Notes under the pieces: model-generated
The model's input: only the letters and a program-made list of their open reading frames with translations
Told to the model about the DNA's origin: nothing
Database searches by the model: none
From: Macrostomum lignano
Lineage: Eukaryota
Length of the DNA: 64,000 nucleotides
Direction: 5' to 3'
NCBI GenBank assembly: GCA_002269645.1
Contig: NIVC01000934.1
Coordinates: 62,001 to 126,000, forward strand
Shown: piece by piece, positions 59,694-64,000 of the stretch
How positions within the stretch are numbered: the first letter of the stretch is position 1
Layout of the letters: each line of letters opens with the position of its first letter
Made by a program: the position numbers and the translations under genes

Positions 59694-60511
59694 CTGCTGG
59701 TCGGTGAGGTGAGCAAACGGCTGCTCCCTGCAGAAGGTGAGCATCTCCCAGAGCGTCACGGTGAAGCTCCAGACGTCGCTGTCGCAGGAGAAGCGGCCGT
59801 GCAGGACGGCCTCCCAGGCCATCCAGCGGATCGGCAGCGAGGCGCCGTGACCTCCGTCCAGCCTGCAGTAGTCAGCGGAGTAGAGAGGCTGAGACATGCC
59901 AAAGTCGCAGATCTTCACCTGGTAGTCTTCACCCAGCAGGCAGTTGCGGCAGGCCAGGTCTCGGTGCACCAGCTGCAGGGACTCCAGGTACTTCATGCCG
60001 CTGGCAATCTGAGCTGCCAGGTAGATGAGGCAGCCGTGAGACAGCGGCGGCTCAGGTGATGCAGCTGCAGCGGCTGCCCTGGAGCGCAGGAACTGGTGCA
60101 GGTCCCCATGCTGCATGAACTCCACCAGGATGCACTGCTGCGCCGCTGCGTCCTTGGTTGCCACGCCCAGCACCCTGACGATGTTCGGGTCCTGCAGGCG
60201 CGCCAACAGCCGCATCTCGCGCCGGAAGTCGCGGCGCGCCTGCGGCCCCGCGCCAGGCCGGAGAGTCTTGGCCGCCACCAGCAGCAGCCGGCCGCCAGGA
60301 GCGGCCCACTCGGCCAGGCGGACCTCGCCGAACTGGCCGGCACCAAGGCGCTCTTTCAGCGCCACGGAGCCCGGCGCCACCTCGAGAGCGGCGACCGCGT
60401 CGGAGTCGGCGCCGCCGTCCAGATCGTCAGGGACTCCAGCGACACCGCCGCAGTCCACGGCGGAGGCGAGGTCCGCGTCCGGACAGGCGTAGACTGTGTT
60501 GCCCGAGCAGC
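59694..60511 (-). CDS. DDR: DDR-like receptor tyrosine kinase, kinase exon
   Basis: LGAGQFGEV, VAAK, HRDLACRNCL, DFGMSQPLYSADY, LPIRWMAWE and SDVWSF, with DDR-type QGCSGNTVY upstream. Canonical splice sites. Confidence 0.93.
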
Positions 60512-61067
60512 CTGTGGATTTTGGGAGTAGGGGAGTGGATTTAGAGGGGATTATTGGAATTTAGAAGGCCAGCTGCAGCTGGTGATGGGGAATGGCGCTC
60601 GCTCAGATTCCGGGAAACTCGGACACCAGCAGCTCAGAAATCAGGTGCTCCATCAGCTCAGGACTCGGAGCCTGCCTTCGCTGCTGCCGCTCGCTCACGC
60701 CTCAGGAGTTCAGCGCAGACTGACAGCTCGAAGAGGCTGAGCTGGCTGCTTCATCTCAAGCTGGTGCCGGTGAGCAAAGGCATCGAGAGGCTGGCCAAGT
60801 GGCCTCATCAGCGGCTGCCCCATCAGTGACGGACCGGCCTGCGGTTACGCAATGAGCTCTGCTCCCCAGCAGAATTCCCTCCTCTCTGCTGTCTGCCTCA
60901 CCGGCAGGAAGTGGCTGAGCTGCCTCATCTCTCTCCCAGCCTCCCAGCTGCTCAGTTGATCACTTTCCACCTGATGCGGCTGCGAGGCTGGGACAAAGAG
61001 CTGCTCGCGTGGCTGATAAGTGTTTGATGCTGGGGGCTTCATCAGTGGGGATCTGAGTAGGAATGCG

Positions 61068-61219
61068 GATTGAGGAGACTCAGGTGTCACCTGATGGCAC
61101 TGGTAGAGCTCAGTGGGAAATATGAGATGTTGAGGCATTTCGGTAATCCCCAAATCCTCATCACAGGTGAGTCAGGCCACCTGTTGATGTGCATGCCGTG
61201 AACCTATGAACATGCTGAC
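61068..61219. repeat. 152-bp dispersed, hairpin-rich element (copy 2), inside a DDR intron
   Basis: Homologous to 46277-46428. Confidence 0.85.
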
Positions 61220-61323
61220 CCACTGACTCGCTGACCCGCTGACCCACTGACCCACTATTACACTCTCGCTGACCCACCGACCCAGCTCCATCCCGATGAG
61301 GGCCCGGGTTCGAATCCGCCCAC

Positions 61324-62220
61324 CTTGAATGCTGAGGTCGGACGGGAACCGCGGCACCGGCGGAGGCGGCGAGTTCGAGGCGAACGACGCAGCGGCCGCA
61401 GGCCTCGGCAGGCCGGGCAGGGCGGGCCGCGACTGCCTGCCGAGCTGCTGGAGGCCTCCGGCATCGACAGTGGCGGCGGCGGCGGAGTTGGCGACCTGCC
61501 TGAGCGGCTGCTGCTGCGGCTGCCCGGTGCCGGTCATGACGAGGCGGGGCCGCGCGTACGTGCCGAGCCCGCTGGTGTACAGGCCGCTGGCGCCGCTGAG
61601 GCCCGGGAAGGCCGGCGGCTGCTGCGGGCCGTACAGCGTGGCGCTGGCGTACTCGCGAGCGGCGCCAGAGACGGCGGCGGCGGCGGGGGCGAACTGCGCA
61701 AAAGAGGCGGGCGCGTAGGTGTAGCAGCAGTCCGGCGCGCTCAGGTCGGTGCGCTGCTCCTCCTCGTCCTCCGAGTTGGGCAGGCTGGTGTAGATGCTGC
61801 CGTTGGCTGCCTTGCCGTTGATCAGCATGGCTGGCCGGCCGCTGCTGAAGTCCAGGTGGATGCTCTCCGCGTTCTTGGCCTGCTGGTGCACCGCCGACTG
61901 GCGCCGGCCCGCCGCGTGTCCGCCGCTTCGCTGCTTCTTGCGAAGGAGGCGCCGCCGCAGGCAGAGGAAGGCGATGCCGAGCATCAGCAGGACGGCGCCC
62001 AGCAGGATGGAGACGATGATGGCCACGTAGGTGGTGGTCTCGCTCTCCCTGCCTGCGCTGCCTCCGCCCTGCTCGATGCGCTCGTTGTGCGAGGAGCCTC
62101 CGCGACCTGCGCTCGGCGACTGCGGCGGCTTCGGCCTGCCGGAGTTCGGCGGCTGCGGCCGCTGCAGCGGCGACGGCGGGTGCGGCGGCGCTTCCGTGGG
62201 CGGCGGGTTGACGACCAGCT
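61324..62220 (-). CDS. DDR: DDR-like receptor, Pro-rich stalk, transmembrane and juxtamembrane exon; upstream extracellular exons not identified in the window
   Basis: TM helix YVAIIVSILLGAVLLMLGIAFLCL followed by RRRLLRKK. CTCAG acceptor and CAAG|GTGGGC donor in phase with the next exon. Confidence 0.85.
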
Positions 62221-62224
62221 CTGA

Positions 62225-62760
62225 GGGGCGGATGGAGACAGCAGCAGGTGAGGCGGATGGAGACAGCAGCAGGTGAGGCGGATGGAGACAGCAGCAGGTG
62301 AGGCGGATGGAGGCAGCAGCAGGTGAGGCGGGTGGAGACAGCAGCAGGTGAGGCGGATGAAGAAGCAGCAGGTGAGGCGGATGGAGACAGCAGCAGGTGA
62401 GGCGGATGGAGACAGCAGCAGGTGAGGCGGATGGAGACAGCAGCAGGTGAGGCGGATGGAGACAGCAGCAGGTGAGGCGGATGGAGACAGCAGCAGGTGA
62501 GGCGGATGGAGACAGCAGCAGGTGAGGCGGATGGAGACAGCAGCAGGTGAGGCGGATGGAGACAGCAGCAGGTGAGGCGGATGGAGACAGCAGCAGGTGA
62601 GGCGGATGGAGACAGCAGCAGGTGAGGCGGATGAAGACAGCAGCAGGTGAGGCGGATGGAGACAGCAGCAGGTGAGGCGGATGGAGACAGCAGCAGGTGA
62701 GGCGGATGGAGACAGCAGCAGGTGAGTCGGGTGGAGACAGCAACAGGTGAGGCGGATGAG
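62225..62760 (+). repeat. 25-bp intronic minisatellite (GAGGCGGATGGAGACAGCAGCAGGT)n abutting the DDR acceptor
   Basis: Direct periodicity. Confidence 0.95.
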
Positions 62761-63561
62761 GAGCGGATAGAGGGCGGATGAGGGGCGGATAAGGGCGGAT
62801 GGAGAGTGGATGAGGGGCGGATGAAAGGCGAATTAAAGACAGATAAACATGGGTGAGGGGCGGATAGAAGGCAGGTGCTGAAGCCCTTCTTTTCGATTCC
62901 CAGACGTCTAAACTCCTCAGTTAAGCACAAAATTCTCTCTCAGCTCCGCCAGATCCCAAAACCGCTGCGGATGCCCCAGCCCGAGTCTGCCGACCCATCG
63001 AAGAGCCGCAGAGGGAAATCAGGTCAAGCGAGAGGGCAGGTGCACCACAATTTCATGAAGAACACTTTTCCCCAGAATCTTCAGGCCCGCTTGCAAAGCG
63101 AAGACTTTCTGCTCGGGATATTGTGGGATATCTGGCCAAAGATCACGATCAGCTGGGACCCGCAATTCCAAGATGAAGGGGAGGCTGGGAGCGGATGCAG
63201 CTTATAATAACCTGGACGCTGTCCGCGAGAGTCACTTCAGAGACGCCAGGAATTTCAATTGCAGAGTTTGCGCAGAATCCCTCCGTGATCTGCGGTGTTT
63301 TCCCAAGTGGGAAATTTTGGGAAATTGTTCCCGATTTCAGTGAGGGATTTCTGGGAAATTGTTCCTGATTTCATTTTGGCTGGCTTTGGATTACAGGCTC
63401 TGCACTGAGTAGCTGTCTGTAAGAAGGCTCCTCACTGAGCTCAGCCAGTTTCTCGGCCACAAAAGCAGAAGCCGCTAAGTTCGCGCGCCGTAAGTTCCCT
63501 TTTTCAGGACAATAGAGAATACTGACAATACTGACAATACTGAATTCCCCAGTATTTGAGG

Positions 63562-63845
63562 CAGTTTTCCGACAGTTTTCCGACAGTTTTCCGACAGATT
63601 TCCGACAGTTTTCCGACAGTTTCTGTTGAGCTAAAAATTCCGACAGATTTCCGACAGTTTTCCGACAGTTTTCCGACAGATTTCCGACAGTTTCTGTTGA
63701 GCAAAAAATTCCGACAGTTTTCCGACAGTTTTCCGACAGATTTCCGACAGTTTTCCGACAGATTTCCGACAGTTTTCCGACAGTTTTCCGACAGTTTTCC
63801 GACAGTTTTCCGATAGTTTTCCGACAGTTTTCCGACAGTTTCTGT
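63562..63845 (+). repeat. 11-bp minisatellite (TTTTCCGACAG)n
   Basis: Direct periodicity. Confidence 0.93.
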
Positions 63846-64000
63846 GGAGCAAAAAATTCCGACAGTTTGTCAGATATTTGTCGCAAACAAAAACCCATTA
63901 TCTACTAATAGTAGTCCTCCCTTTTCAAGAACAATAGAGAATGTACACAAAGTACACATAGCAGTAATCCTCTTCCTTCTCTTCAAATTCACTGTTATTT

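Noticed and set aside
61010-61050. Minus-strand CTGATGAAGC resembling a Penelope-type hammerhead core
   Set aside because: The downstream GAAAC is absent (CAAAC) and there are no convincing stems.
61300-61322. B-box-like GGTTCGAATCC near the DDR donor
   Set aside because: There is no A-box or cloverleaf around it; it is an isolated match.
62900-63480. Possible upstream (discoidin) DDR exons
   Set aside because: No frame resembles a discoidin or DS-like domain; those exons probably lie beyond the window.

Overview
This is animal genomic DNA: GC-rich GT-AG exons, introns filled with micro- and minisatellites, and TTAGGG tracts. The style resembles the flatworm Macrostomum, but that assignment is inference only. 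Five protein-coding genes are supported. (1) The 5' half of phosphorylase kinase regulatory subunit alpha (minus strand; first exon not located; continues off the left edge). (2) A type II glutamine synthetase (plus strand). (3, 4) Two tandem paralogues of an ankyrin-repeat plus STE11/MAP3K-like Ser/Thr kinase (minus strand). (5) The TM and kinase part of a discoidin domain receptor (minus strand; extracellular exons not found in the window). Mobile DNA comprises a 17-kb head-to-tail chain of five non-autonomous Helitrons inserted at one A|T site, two convergent truncated Mag-like Gypsy elements, a third Gypsy relic, an hAT-type MITE and a LINE 3' fragment. The Helitrons carry satellite arrays, TTAGGG tracts and tRNA-like pieces. 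The most notable observation is in the ankyrin kinases. Their ~71-aa double-ankyrin units are almost identical in DNA except at the codons for the canonical ankyrin binding surface. Those codons are hypervariable and shuffled between units and paralogues (5 vs 8 units), which suggests a diversifying intracellular sensor-kinase family. There is no CRISPR array and no prokaryotic operon. All coordinates were read by eye; repeat boundaries and copy numbers are approximate.
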